Below, piece after piece: positions 12,841-25,600 of a stretch of DNA of 64,000 bases (positions are counted from its first letter, which is position 1; every line of letters begins with the position of its first letter). The DNA is from Podarcis vaucheri (taxonomy: Eukaryota). The notes beneath the pieces are model-generated. The model had not been told where the DNA came from, did not search any database, and worked only from the letters and a program-made list of their open reading frames with translations. The stretch lies in the NCBI GenBank assembly GCA_965113315.1, contig OZ220367.1. One strand, given 5' to 3'. Made by a program: the position numbers and the translations under genes.

Positions 12841-14065
12841 GTGAGTTACCTGAAAGATTTCTCTCATGTCATTATATATGAAACGAAGCAATAGTTGGGG
12901 GGTAGACGGGAAATAGCCCTGGTGAAACTTCCATTTCTGATTTCCCCAAAGCCAGGGACTCGAGTGTAAGCATCATCGGAACAACAACCAACCACACCAA
13001 TGCATGCTATGTTTTAAAGTTACACGGTTGCACTTGGGCAAAAAAACTCTATAATACCATGGATAAATTAATAGGAAAAATAGTGTTACTTACTTTGCCA
13101 TTCCGGAAATATAAAAACATTTCTTTTAATATTTCTGATTTGGCTTGTTGAACTGCAGTTCTCTTCTGCAGGGCTTGCTGTGGGAAAGGGGTTTGGGAAA
13201 AGTCCCAGTGCATCTTTGGGTCCCACCCAATGTATGCTGATTATTTCTAATTTATTTGGAGGCTGTGGAGTGGTTCTCTTTAAGAAAACAGGGTAGAACT
13301 TAGCCCTTACTATTTTGCCAGATTCCATCTAATCTATTTTCAGTTGGTCAAACCATATGTGTGGCACATTTACATATGAAAAGCTAGGTGCATTTAATAC
13401 CAGGGCAAATAAATGCTTGTAATGAATGACAGTGGGTGCAATCCAGAGAAATACTGCGCCCAGTTAATGTTTGAGTTACCTAGATTTCAGTCAAGCCTTT
13501 TAAAATTAGAATTAACTTGTTTTGAATTGCCCAGAGAGTTGCAAAGTTCATTACATCAAAACCATGAATAAATTTAACAAATGTTAATAAACCTCTCTCT
13601 GTCTTTTAAAAAGGTTATTATTAAATGTTTAGATTTAGTTAGTATAATTACAGTGTCTCTCATTTCCCCTTCCACTCAGAAACACTGAAAAATGTAGTTG
13701 TTATAATAATAAACAACAAACATTACATAAAAATGAACGTAGAACAAAAAACAGGGAGCAGAGAGGCACAAGTCATTGTTTTAGAGGCTTACACAGCAAT
13801 GTTTAAGTCTTAAATTCTGTACTGTATTAGCATTTGTTTTTCTCTGGAGTTCATGTCTACAGTGCACAAATAAGAATAAGCGAAAAGTATGAACTTATGG
13901 AGCCCATCAGTGGTAGGATGTAAATAATGTAAGGATCAGTTTTGAAATGCCCACAAAGGATATTTCCTTTATTAAAAAAATGATAAAAATACAAATACAG
14001 CATATTTGTGTTTTATAATGCTACAGATGGAAGGGGGGGGGAATCACTCAAAGTGAGCAATTGTA

Positions 14066-14304
14066 CAGTGGTACCTCGGGTTACATACACTTCAGGTTAC
14101 ATACGCTTCAGGTTACAGACTCCTCTAACCCAAAAATAGTACCTCGGGTTAAGAACTTTGCTTCAGGATGAGAACAGAAATCGTGCAGTGGCAGCGCAGC
14201 AACAGGAGGCCCCATTAGCTAAAGTGGTGCTTCAGGTTAAGAACAGTTTCAGGTTAAGAACGGACCTCCAGAACGAATTAAGTACTTAACCCGAGGTACC
14301 ACTG
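14066..14304. mobile_element. Tigger/pogo-like MITE, 239 bp
   Basis: TIRs CAGTGGTACCTCGGGTTA / TAACCCGAGGTACCACTG, TA target duplication, internal CTTCAGGTTA repeats. Confidence 0.9.
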
Positions 14305-15007
14305 TACATACTTCTTCGGGAACTTTCCTTTGTTTTTATTATCAGCACTCCGTTTTAGCCCAGATGACAAACTTTAAATCAGTGTATTCCAATAGAATTA
14401 AATATATTGGTCTACGAAACCTCAACACACTTGTGTTTTATTTAACTTTGTGGAGGTGGGGAGAGTCCCCAACAGAAAACACATTCAAAATACAATCACA
14501 GTATTGTGGGTGACATTCATATTCTTAGCTGACACACCCTGTAGCCTATTAAAATAGATAGCATGCAATTGCATTTGAATGACTCCAGCTCATGTTACCC
14601 TTGCAAGTGAGGGAGATGCTTCAAAGAGGTGTTGACTCCTTCTACTTGAAGCTTTAAAGGTTAACTAGGAAACATGCAGATTCTTTGAAACACCACCAAA
14701 TTCTCAAAAATGTAGATCCTGGGAAATTACAGGAATTGGGAATTGGGGGAGGTGTGGCAATAAGCTAATTCATGAAAGGGGTATTGCTATTTCTTCACAA
14801 TGGAAGACTTTATATATAATGTCATGATTTCTAACTTTGATAAACTGTTAACAGGTTTTAATTACCCTTTCCCTTGCTGCAAATCGAAGCTACTGTGTTA
14901 CCTAGACACGTCACAGGTCACTATAGCAAATTTGGCTGCCGTTGCAGGCCCTTTCACAACCACACCACCCAGAATGCCTTGCTACAAGTGCAGGACACAC
15001 ACACATA

Positions 15008-15645
15008 GAGTGGTACCTTGGTTCTCAAACTTTATCTGTTCCGGAAGTCTGTTCCACAACCAAAGCATTCTAAAACCAAGGAATGCTTTCCCATAGAAAG
15101 TAATGCAAAACGGATTAATCTGTTCCAGGCTTTAAAAAACAACCCCTAAAACAGCAATTTAACATGAATTTTGCTATCTAATGAGACCACTGATCCATAA
15201 ATTGAAAGCCATAATCAATGTACTGTACTATAAAATAAATAAGGCAGTATTGTAGATGATAAAAAAATTTTTAAGAAAAAATCTTACCTGCACTGATAGT
15301 CACTATTAGGATGGCGGGGCTTTTATCCATTTCCACAGGCACACAGTCAATCAGTAGCTGAACTGGGTTCCACACAATCACAAAAACAAATTAACTGAGA
15401 AAGCCCCCAAATCAAAGACGCAAAATAAATAGCAAAAAAAAAAAGCACCAAACTTAATCCATTCCAGAAGTCCGTTTGACTTCTAAAATGTTCAAAAACC
15501 AAGGCACAGCTTCTCATTGGTGCAGGCGAAACAATAGGCAACAGCCACATTGGATGTTCAACTTCCAAAAAACGTTAGAAAACCGGAACACTTCCAGGTT
15601 TTCGGCGTTTGGGTACCAAGGCGTTTGAGAACCAAGGCACCGCTG
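15008..15645. mobile_element. Tigger/pogo-like MITE, about 638 bp
   Basis: Imperfect TIRs GAGTGGTACCTTGGTTCTCAAAC / GTTTGAGAACCAAGGCACCGCTG; flanks TA and TG. Confidence 0.8.
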
Positions 15646-17916
15646 TGCATGGCCCTTCCTAGAGCAAGGCAGCAGGGGATGATGTGGAGAGCTTCCCAGG
15701 TGGGCAGGAGGCAGTGAGACCGGCCTCTGGGGAGCACCAATTTGTGACCCTCCACTTGAGGCACTTGCCTCATTCTGCCTAATGGGAAGGGCCCTAATTG
15801 TTCTAACATGTCCCACTGATTTCAGTGGGTCTACTCTCAGCATGACTGAATTTGAATCCAACCCATTGGATTTACTTAATGAGGATATTTATGCAGAGTG
15901 CAGGTGAACATATCTTGAATAAACTGATATATGACTATATCTTTTACCCAGGCATGCAGCAACTTGGCTCCTCCCTTCATGGTGGGAACAAAGAATATTT
16001 CCCTTGCCTCTGCATACTTGGCAAAATATTTAGAGGTTGTTTGACCCCCTTGAGTTCTGAGTATGTAGATCTGATATGACCAATCTTTACTCTGCTGGTC
16101 ATTTGTGTGCTGTAATCTAAGCATAAAAATAATAAATTTACATCATTACCAATTCACATCATTATTATGATTTACATTATTATATTGGTCTTCCTTTAAG
16201 GAGCTAAGAAAAAACCTACCCTTCTATCCTCCCAACATCCATACAGGAGAGGGTAAGCTGGGAGATAGCAGTTGGTTACAAGATCCCCATGTGAGCTTTC
16301 CACTAGGAGATGCCATTCCATTTCCTTGTTGCGTGTTGAATTTACCCAGTTCACAAAAATGTGTCATGGGCACTCTGCTTGGGCCATTTTGCTTAAATCC
16401 ATCTCTGCCCCAGATATTCACAACCTACAGAAAAGTAAAGTAGCAATACACAAGTGTTAGTACTAAAAGGCCAATGCCATGAAACATTCAGCTTTCCGGC
16501 ATGCAAACTTTTATGTACTCTTGAAATTATTATTTTTTACTATGGGGTTTTTTTTTTAAGTAGACCTAACTGCTCTAGAAATGACAGAAGAATTAGAAAG
16601 GTTAGGTCTAAAATTATCAATACACAATTGCTCCTTTATTACATTACATTCTAATATACACAATATTTGGGAAATGTGATGTTGAGCTTCTGACACATGA
16701 TCAACACCAGCTTTATTGACTAACTGGAAACCAGCTGCCGTATTCTGGCACAACAGTGGCTTTCCCCCGTGCCTGCTAACATAAGTCCCAGGTCCCTGCT
16801 TGTCTACAACCCCAGTTTGTGGTAGGTGGAGAGAGACCGAGTCTGTTCTGTCCGGCATGGACCAGCACTGCTAGTGTGTTGGAAGCAGCATGAGTGCAGT
16901 GCTCTGCTGCAGGAGCCAATCAGCAGCACCAATTTGCTCCCAGGGGGAGGGGCCAGGGACTGGGCCAGAAAGCGAACTTTCTCTCTGTGGTCTGCTCCCA
17001 GGGCATAAATTGGAGGCTTGGCTTGTGGCTTCAACAATACCAGCATTGACTTTCCGCCCTGCCCTCCCTCAAATCTGGGCATCTGTTTGCTGTGTAGCTG
17101 GGAAGGGATTTTACCTAGGCACCCCAGTTGGGCTCTGCATTACATTGCAGGGTTTTTGCCTGCCTCCCAGCCAACCTCCCAGCAAATGTCTTTTGACATT
17201 TGTCACAACTAACAATTGGAGCTGCATGAGGAATTGAGCCGGACACAAGCAAGCATTAGCAGAGGTGGATATGTTGCTGTCCCAGTGTGTGATTCCCTTA
17301 AGGTGTGTCGAGGTGTCACCAGAAGAGCTTAGCCCCAAATTGTGAAGAGGGACTGGTATGGCTGCTACGCTTCAGGTTGGTTGATGGAGCCACATTATCC
17401 ATTCATACCATGGTGGGCCTGCTAGTTATGCAACTCAAGTCATGGTGTTCCTGTTAATCAGGCTGGGAAGGTGACACTGGCCAGCAATGAGGCTGCTCAA
17501 TGAAAGGATTCTGCTCACTGTCACACCAGACTCTGTTTGCTGTAACCAATCAAGTGGTGGCGAGTTATCCCCACTGCAGCCTACATATTGTTACTCAGTT
17601 GTGCATCCTAATGGTGCTGCGTCCACCATCCTGATTTCTTAAACGGTGTGCATTACCTTTGCCGGCACAATTACTAATTAGAATACTTGCTTTTATACAT
17701 ACTAAGTGGTGTTGGCCCTCTTTAGCAAATATTTAAAATGCAATTAAATGCATATTTTATATTACAGAACACGCACGTTTCCCCCGCTCTGATCAAACTG
17801 AAAAGCTTTGCTTTTGTTATTATTTTGCCTTTGCTTATGATCGACATTTTCTGTTGCTGGCTTCTAATTATCTCACATTAATTTTTTTCCAATTTGCTTT
17901 CTAAATTATTTTGCAG

Positions 17917-17949
17917 CTATTCCTCTCCACTCCCCCAGTATGATTCAAG
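17917..17949 (+). CDS. ANK3: ANK3 33-nt alternative exon just before ZU5N (YSSPLPQYDSS)
   Basis: ttttgcag|CTATTCC...GATTCAAG|gtgatg; phase 2-2, no stop; size and position match the known 33-nt Ank3 cassette exon. Confidence 0.85.
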
Positions 17950-18094
17950 GTGATGACACTGTCTGTGACTCCTTGTTTTGCTTCTATATATGTTTATTTA
18001 TTTATTTTCTCCACAGTTGAAATGTGCCTAGATGGTTTTTAGTGCATCTGATTTCCCAGCCCTTTCTACCTTTTATTGTAGACATCCCACTTCT

Positions 18095-18121
18095 TTGTTT
18101 GTTTGTTTGTTTGTTTGTTTG
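18095..18121. repeat. (TTTG)n microsatellite
   Basis: Direct reading. Confidence 0.9.
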
Positions 18122-19591
18122 TGTAGTTTTTAGCGGTTGTCCTGTAGCTCACGTCATTTACCTGGCAATAATTTAGACGACCATCAACTACTAATTGTGT
18201 TCTTACAGACTGTGCATGATGTGCTCAAAAACATAATGGATAGTAATGTGTAAACTAGTGGGGGGAAGAGTAGAGTTTTACCAGCAGGTGAGTTTGGACA
18301 AAATATCTAGAAGCAGCATTTTTAAAGGACAAGAAACAGTGGTTGAATTTGCTGCTGATGGACCGCAGGAGAGTACCATGGCACATTAGTTGCATTCACA
18401 GGGTGGGCAAACTGTAGAATCTGCAGGTGGCTGGGCAGCAATATTGTTGAATCAAATCTACTCATGTTAGAAGTGCCATCCTGGATTTTGTTGGTCCGAG
18501 TAGAGCAGTGTTCTTCAACCTTGGGTTCCTAGATGTTGTCAAAAATTTCATTTGAGGATGCACTGCTCATAGAGGGTGATGCCCAATGGGCCTTGCCTAT
18601 GCCTTGAGCGAATTATATATTATTTATTTATTTCACACACACACACACACACACACACCGTTTGACTGTAAAAACAACAACCTCAAAGCGGTTTACGAAG
18701 GGAACAAAGCAATAAAATTATCAGTTAAAATAATAGTTAAAAACAACTTTTTAAAACATCCAAAAATAAAATGAAATCGGGAATAAACTAAAAACAGATT
18801 AGCAGTGAACTGAAAACAGATTAATTAGGTGTGTGCTGAATTCAATATACCCCAGAACCCTCTGGAATTCATGGCAGATGACTGAGGGCTTCCTCAGCAG
18901 ACAGATCAATGGAAAAAGAATTCCCAGAAGGTATTAAGTTTGAAAAACACAGGTCTAAAGAGTGGATTGTATCAGTGACTCCTACAGAGCTGTCTACTGA
19001 AACAAATAGGACACATGTCCCACTGTCACACCTAGCCCCGGACAGGGCACTGGAAATTAATTACATTTGTTGTGCCTGTCTGTATTTGGACCTGTAGGAC
19101 AGGGCAGTGGAATATCTGACATTTCATATGTCTCCCACATATAGGACAGATGATGGTAACATCGGCAGAAAAATCTAGGTTTAGAAGCACCTCACATCCC
19201 CCATTGTTGGGCTTGCATGTCTCCTGTTGTTTGAAAAAAACCAGGAAGGGGATGGTCTTATCCATGAACTGTGCATCTTCATGACATGCCAGCATTTTGT
19301 GGCACGCGCCCAATAAAAAGACAGTGGCTTGGCATCAGACTGAATTAGTTCAATGTAGCTCCTGTTGAAATCACTACTTAAGCCCCATTGATTTTAATGG
19401 GAATTAAGTTCAACTAACTTAATCTGGATCCAGCTCATTCCCTAAAATGTGTAGTGACATCAGTAGCATTTTCATGTTACTATGATGAAATCACCATGAA
19501 TAGTTTACATCCTTATTTAATTGAACCATTGTTAGGCCATTATATCCCAAGCATGGAACTGTGATTTACAGGGCAATCTTATACACATCTA

Positions 19592-20620
19592 CCGTATTTT
19601 TTGCCCCATAAGACGCACTTTTCCCCCTCCAAAAATGAAGGGGAAATGTGCCTGCGTCTTATGGGGCGAATGCAGGCTTTCGCTGAAGCCTGGAGAGCGA
19701 GGGGGGTCGGTGCGCACCGACCCCTCTCGCTCTCCAGGCTTCAGGAAGCTTTGCGCAACCCTCAGGAGACCGGCTCCGAGGGTTGCACAGAGCTGCCTGC
19801 AGTCCCGGGATCAGCGCAGCTCTGCGCGGCCACCGGGAGCCGGGGGCGAAACTCCGCCCCGCTCCCGGTGGCCGCGCAGAGCTGCCTGCGGTCTTGGGAC
19901 CAGCGCAGCTCTGCGCTGCCATCCGGAGCCGGGGGCGAAGCTCCGCCCCGCTCCCGGTGGCCGCGCAGAGCTGCCTGCGGTCCTGGGACCAGCGCAGCTC
20001 TGCCCGGCCACCGGGAGCCGGGGGCGAAGCTCCGCCCCGCTCCTGGTGGCCGCGCAGAGCTGCCTGCGGTCCTGGGACCAGCGCAGCTCTGCGCTGCCAT
20101 CCGGAGCCGGGGGCGAAGCTCCGCCCCGCTCCCGGTGGCTGCGCAGAGCTGCCTGCGGTCCTGGGACCAGCGCAGCTCTGCCCGGCCACCGGGAGCCGGG
20201 GGCGAAGCTCCGCCCCGCTCCCGGTGGCCGCGCAGAGCTGCCTGCGGTCCTGGGACCAGCGCAGCTCTGCGCTGCCATCCAGAGCGGGGCGCTAAGCTCT
20301 GTCCCACTCCCGGTGGCCGCGCAGAGCTGCCTGCAGTCCTGGGACCAGCGCATCTCTGCGCCGCCATCCGGAGTGGGGCGCTAAGTCCCGCCCCGCTCCG
20401 GATGGCGGCGCAGAGCTGCCTGCCATCCCGGGATCAGCACAGCTCTGCCCATCGCCAGCCCCACAAGCTCGGGGGACAGTGGGAAGCAGAGCGTGCCTTC
20501 CCACTGTTCCCCGACCTGGTTCTTCCAGCCCCGCACCTGGCGGGGGAAATAATTTTTTTTTTCTTTAAAAAACTAGGTGCGTCCTATGGGCCGGAGCGTC
20601 TTATGGGGCGCAAAATACGG
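19592..20620. mobile_element. Non-autonomous Tc1/mariner-superfamily (Tc2-like) DNA transposon, 1,029 bp, carrying a GC-rich minisatellite
   Basis: TIRs CCGTATTTTTTGCCCCATAAGACGC / GCGTCTTATGGGGCGCAAAATACGG, TA on both sides (19590-91, 20621-22); no transposase. Confidence 0.88.
19786..20450. repeat. 89-bp GC-rich palindromic minisatellite, about 7.5 copies
   Basis: CAGAGCTGCC recurs at 19788, 19877, 19966, 20055, 20144, 20233, 20322 and 20411 (exact 89-bp spacing). Confidence 0.95.
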
Positions 20621-21630
20621 TATTCAAGTCCCATCAAATTCAATGTCTGTAAAAGATTGCATCTTTAATGCCAATTTACTAAGCAGGATCTTAAACACCT
20701 GCTTGAAGATGGTTTAAGATTCTGGTTAATAAAGTGAAAATAAAGCATGGTTCCCTATTTTGCATGTAATCTAACTGTGGTTCTGTTAAAAGAGAATGTA
20801 AACACTGAGAAAGGGAGAGGTGACGAAGGAGTGTGTCATCCTGTTGCTGATACCCAGCTGCTAAAGAAAATTAGATTTTTTTTTTACCAAAGCCACTTTG
20901 TGAATCTGCCCCTTCATGTTTAATTCTGTGCTTTAAAGACCTGGAAAATCTCAGTAGCAGAACAATGGGTTTGGAAAAACAAAATAAGTAGCTATCATAA
21001 TACTGAGCAGTTCTGTTGTGCGTGTCCGACTTGCTCTTTGAAAGAAACACAGGATGTTTGCAGCAGGCTGTCTAATGGTGCCATGTAGCCAATTAGTGCA
21101 TGAATAATACACTAATATTTTCACAATAGTAGATGAAGACACAGTTAACCCTAGTAGTTTGGACTTTGACACTGTATTCAACAAAGAAGTTTTGACTAAA
21201 TGTTTGTCTTGCTAGTAAAATAGTAGAATTTCATGCATATGGTCATTCTAAGAATTACTGTCATACCTTCTGCTAGGAAGGTGAGTATTCGCACAAGCCT
21301 ATGTTGCGTCTATTCAATATTAAGCCATCAAGTTCAGTGAGACTTACTCCCAGGTTAGTGGATATACTACATTTACTTGAGAATAAATCCCATTGAACAA
21401 AGTGTGACTTACTTCTGAGTAGACATTCTGAGGATTCTGCTGATGTCCACTTCCTTAGCACAAGGTACAAGGGTATTTATCAGCTGACATGTATAGGAAT
21501 GTTGTTGTGTTGTTTTTTTATTTTACATGATCTTCTTTCTCATTGGTTTCATTTTAGTCAACATTTGTGCTCATACTTCTTTTTTTAAACTACCCGATGA
21601 CACTTTCTTTCTGTGTTTTTTCTCCTGCAG

Positions 21631-21855
21631 TTTTCTGGTTAGTTTTATGGTTGATGCACGCGGGGGTTCAATGAGGGGCAGCCGTCATCATGGCATGAGG
21701 ATTATTATTCCACCGCGTAAATGCACAGCGCCCACTCGCATCACCTGCCGCTTGGTAAAGAGGCACAAACTGGCCAGCCCTCCACCAATGGTTGAAGGAG
21801 AAGGATTGGCTAGTAGACTGGTAGAAATGGGGCCTTCCGGAGCACAATTTCTAGG
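21631..21855 (+). CDS. ANK3: ANK3 exon, 225 nt, start of ZU5N ([16 protein letters not shown]...GPSGAQFLG)
   Basis: tctcctgcag|TTTTCTG ... CTAGG|gtgagt; contains the DAR spectrin-binding motif. Confidence 0.97.
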
Positions 21856-22545
21856 GTGAGTTGTTCTGTGAATTGTATTATTGGCTGCCATTTTGCATCT
21901 ATAATTTTGCTTTCCTTTACCATATGGATCTAAGTTGTTGGGTCTTTTAAAATTGAAATAACTTGAGGATTGGAGGTAGGCTTCCTTTCCTTTTGCTAGG
22001 TAAGCACCTAGCAATTTTATCCTAGGCCAAATTCTCTATGGTATCATGAATAATTTTTCCTATGGCAATATGTTATGTTTAAGGGGTGAGTGGGGGTGGG
22101 ACCCAAAACCTTCTCTCTGATTCTTGATTCATGCAGATATGTATACAAAGGCAGGATGTTGGGAGCACTGCTGAATTATATGCCCAGCACCCAGTGATTA
22201 TGGAATGCCATTGATTTCTAAAGGAGTACTCTGTACAAACCATCCGCTCATCCTCAAGAGCTGCAAACATTTACCAAGAGAAGACTGTGCAGCTGAATGT
22301 GAATTTTGTAGCAGCTACTCTGAGCCGTATACTAACACAAATGCCAACAGCAGACTTTCCCCCCCCCCCCAAAGCTAACATTAGGGGAAACAATCCACTA
22401 TGATATGGGAGTACATAAATTTATATATGATGATAAATTTTGTTCATTACCATACATGGTCCCCAGTAGAAAGTTCTGTCGGGAATGGCAGTTTGTTCCT
22501 AATTTCCCCTCTTGTTTTTCTTCCTGCTGCATGGATGTTATTCAG

Positions 22546-22644
22546 TAAACTGCACCTTCCCACCAATCCTCCCCCTCTAAATGAGGGCGAGAGCATGGTT
22601 AGCCGAATCCTGCAGCTGGGGCCTCAAGGAACAAAATTTATTGG
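22546..22644 (+). CDS. ANK3: ANK3 99-nt alternative ZU5N exon (KLHLPTNPPPLNEGESMVSRILQLGPQGTKFIG)
   Basis: ttattcag|TAAACTG ... ATTGG|gtagga; phase 2-2; peptide resembles the 3' part of the preceding exon and the equivalent ANK2 insert. Confidence 0.9.
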
Positions 22645-25600
22645 GTAGGATGTTTCTAAGAAAAGATATCAAATGTCTACAGTTCTTTTCTTTTCTTTTT
22701 ATTTAATTCCTTTTTGTTCTGACTTGCTTTTTTTTGGTTTTGTGTTTTGGTCATTCCCATTTTTTAATTTTTTAATTTTTTGGTTCACAACAACAACAAA
22801 AGCTTTCAGCTGATTAACCGTCACTGAAAGAAAAAATCATAGTGGCTTGATTTTATTCTAGCACTGCTCCTGTAATTGATCTTGTGCTTCTAGGCATGTG
22901 GAATTCACTGCAAGCATTTCTGCTTTCATAACTTTGTGCTTTTTCCCTATGTTTTAACCAATTTTGACTGTTTCAGCTGCATTGACTACACCTTTTAAAA
23001 AGCACTACAGCGACACCACACACATGGTCCTGTTTTAGTTCTGTTGGTAGAGAAGGTATTTGCATGGTTTTGGAGCCAGCTTCTGGCACAAATAAATAGC
23101 TTTGCCAAATTTGGACCGACAAGGAAGTATTTGTAAAGCAGGGGTGGATAAATATAAGCTTAAGACAGTGGTGTTCAAACTGTCTCCTGCAGGACCCTGG
23201 GATTTTATCACAATAAGAAGATCAGTAATGATGGCCAGGCATTCCTAAAAATACGAATTCCTCTATTACTGACCTTCCCCAACATTGTGCAACCAAGTGG
23301 GAATGTTCCAATGTGTAAACTCAGCTCATGTGAGGCAGTAACAAGGTCTTAACATATCAGTTATAGCATATAAGAGGGGCTCTCACAATGTGCCATAGAA
23401 CCACCCCTAATATCCTGAGCTTCCATAGCAAATAAAGTTATGTTTTATTGAGAGTGGGAAGTCCATCTCCCTTGCCATCTGCTACTGACTCAAGAGAAAG
23501 TTCAAAAAACACATTCCTAGAAATTCCACCTGCATCTGAAGTCTGTGATGTTTAATGTAGAATGTTATTCTGAATTCTGTGTTCAGCACATTCCCAAGGG
23601 CCCTATGAATGGCCTGAGAACATCTGAGGCCATAGCATTATTGAAGCTGGAGAAAGTTTCCAGGGGGTTGCAAGATATAAGTATAATTAATATATACCAA
23701 AATCTTCATGTGCTTGAGTCCTCACAATAGATACTCATTCTTTACCTTTAACTCTGGGCCAAACTAGACACAATCGTAATCATGCAAATAGCAGTTGCTG
23801 GTGATTGTTGTTTTTATATAAAAATAAATACTTAAGCACCCTGATGGGCGGGAGGTAGATCCAGATCATCAGCACAGTGGGGGGAAATATTTTTACCTCT
23901 TTGCCTCCATTGTGGTCTCAACAGGATTGTTACTCCTGCACAGCTGCTATTTGCAATGGGAGGAAACTCCCAGTTGCATGATAAACATCATTTCTAGTTT
24001 AGCTCTTTGCTTTCAGACAACTGTAGCTCATCACCTGTGAGACTCATTTTAGAATATTAAGAAGCATGAAAAGTCTGCCTAAACACTAAGAACTTAGAAT
24101 TTGATCTCCTAATTCCCCATCCCGCCAGTTGTCTATGGCCCAAATGTATAGGTGGGTGACTGATTGCTTGGTTCATGATGTACTCAGAGTGTGCCTATGC
24201 ACTGAGAATGCCACTAACTCTCTGTATGTATCTTGAAATGCCCAGGAGTGACAGTTTGGCCACCCCTGTGACCAAAGTTCTGTCTTGTTCAATAAAATTC
24301 AGTAAATGATCTGGTTGAATAAGATTGGTGAAAATGTTAACCCTTCTAAAACTGAATTATATTTCAGGTTTGAAAACAAAGTATGAATTTTGTGTATATC
24401 TATTTACAATTATTAGAAAACTGTGATATTCATATTTAAAAACTTGGGAAGATTTGACTATTTTGACTGCCTGCCTTCAGAGGTTGTGAGGTTCTAACGT
24501 AGCATGTTGTTCCAAGTCCTGTGTTCAATACCTGTCTAATACCTTCTCTGTGAGTATTGTTTATGTTCATGCACAAAACTGTGTGCGTCTTATACAGAGA
24601 GACAGTATCTTACATATTCGCCTGCAAAGATTGTATTCATAGGATAGTTTTCAATGGGCTTAAACATTTTCTGTTTTGCAAGGCCTGCACAAACATTAGG
24701 CAAACAAGTGAAACTGCTATCATCCATCTCTTGTTGAGATGATAGAACCAATAACCAAATGCAACATTAGAATATTTGGCGCTTCACAAAAATAAACTCA
24801 CAATCTGTCAGAAACGGAGCACTTTTTCATCCCATTGGGGTGATTTAAACAATGGCTTAATGCACCCATTGAAATCAATGAGATGTAAAAGTGATTAGCT
24901 GGGTCATATCCTAAATTGCCTTAAAAAAATACTGCTATTACTGTTTCTGATTCTCCCTTGTAAAAGAAAAAAATGTAACAGCTGAAGAAAGTCTCAGCTA
25001 GTAGCGCTGCTACTCTTTGATGTTTATGCAGAATGGTGAGGTGTTCTCTCTCTCTATATATATATATATATATGAGCAGAGCTAAGTACAACCTCTGTGG
25101 GAAATTAATGATACTGTCTGTTTAAATGTCTTAAGGCTGCATAATCCATAACTGCTCGTGTTTCTCTGATGGAATACTTCAAAGGCTTTCCTTGCCCATG
25201 AGCAAAGATTTCCATTTTATTAAAAAAAGAAAAAAAGGCACGGAAAACAACCTGTTCGTTTATTACACTGGCCACTTAATTATGCTCTTGTAATCTTTGG
25301 TTGAAGGCACACAGTCAGGTAACACTAGGTGTATTATTTAAGTAGGGGAGCAAATGGATCCGACCAGCTACCCAAGATAAATACAGCTACATAAGATCAT
25401 GGTTCTGTCAGAGGCCTACACAACTTTGTACCCACCAAGCTGAGCACAGCTCACCAGATATGTATGGCTGACCATCAGAGGCTGAATAAATCTCTCTTTC
25501 TGTTGTTAACATGGAGGCGGGTAGGAGGGATAGCAGGCCCTTCACCACAAATAAGTGTGTTTGGTTTTAAAAGGTAAGAGGTTGTGCAGGCCTTTGCTGC

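Noticed and set aside
19786-20450. CRISPR-like regular palindromic repeats
   Set aside because: No unique spacers, no cas genes, vertebrate intron; it is a minisatellite.
19601-20668. Six to seven long overlapping ORFs on both strands (up to 355 aa)
   Set aside because: Caused by a stop-free GC-rich 89-bp tandem repeat inside a MITE; the peptides cycle through the same three frames and have no transposase motifs.
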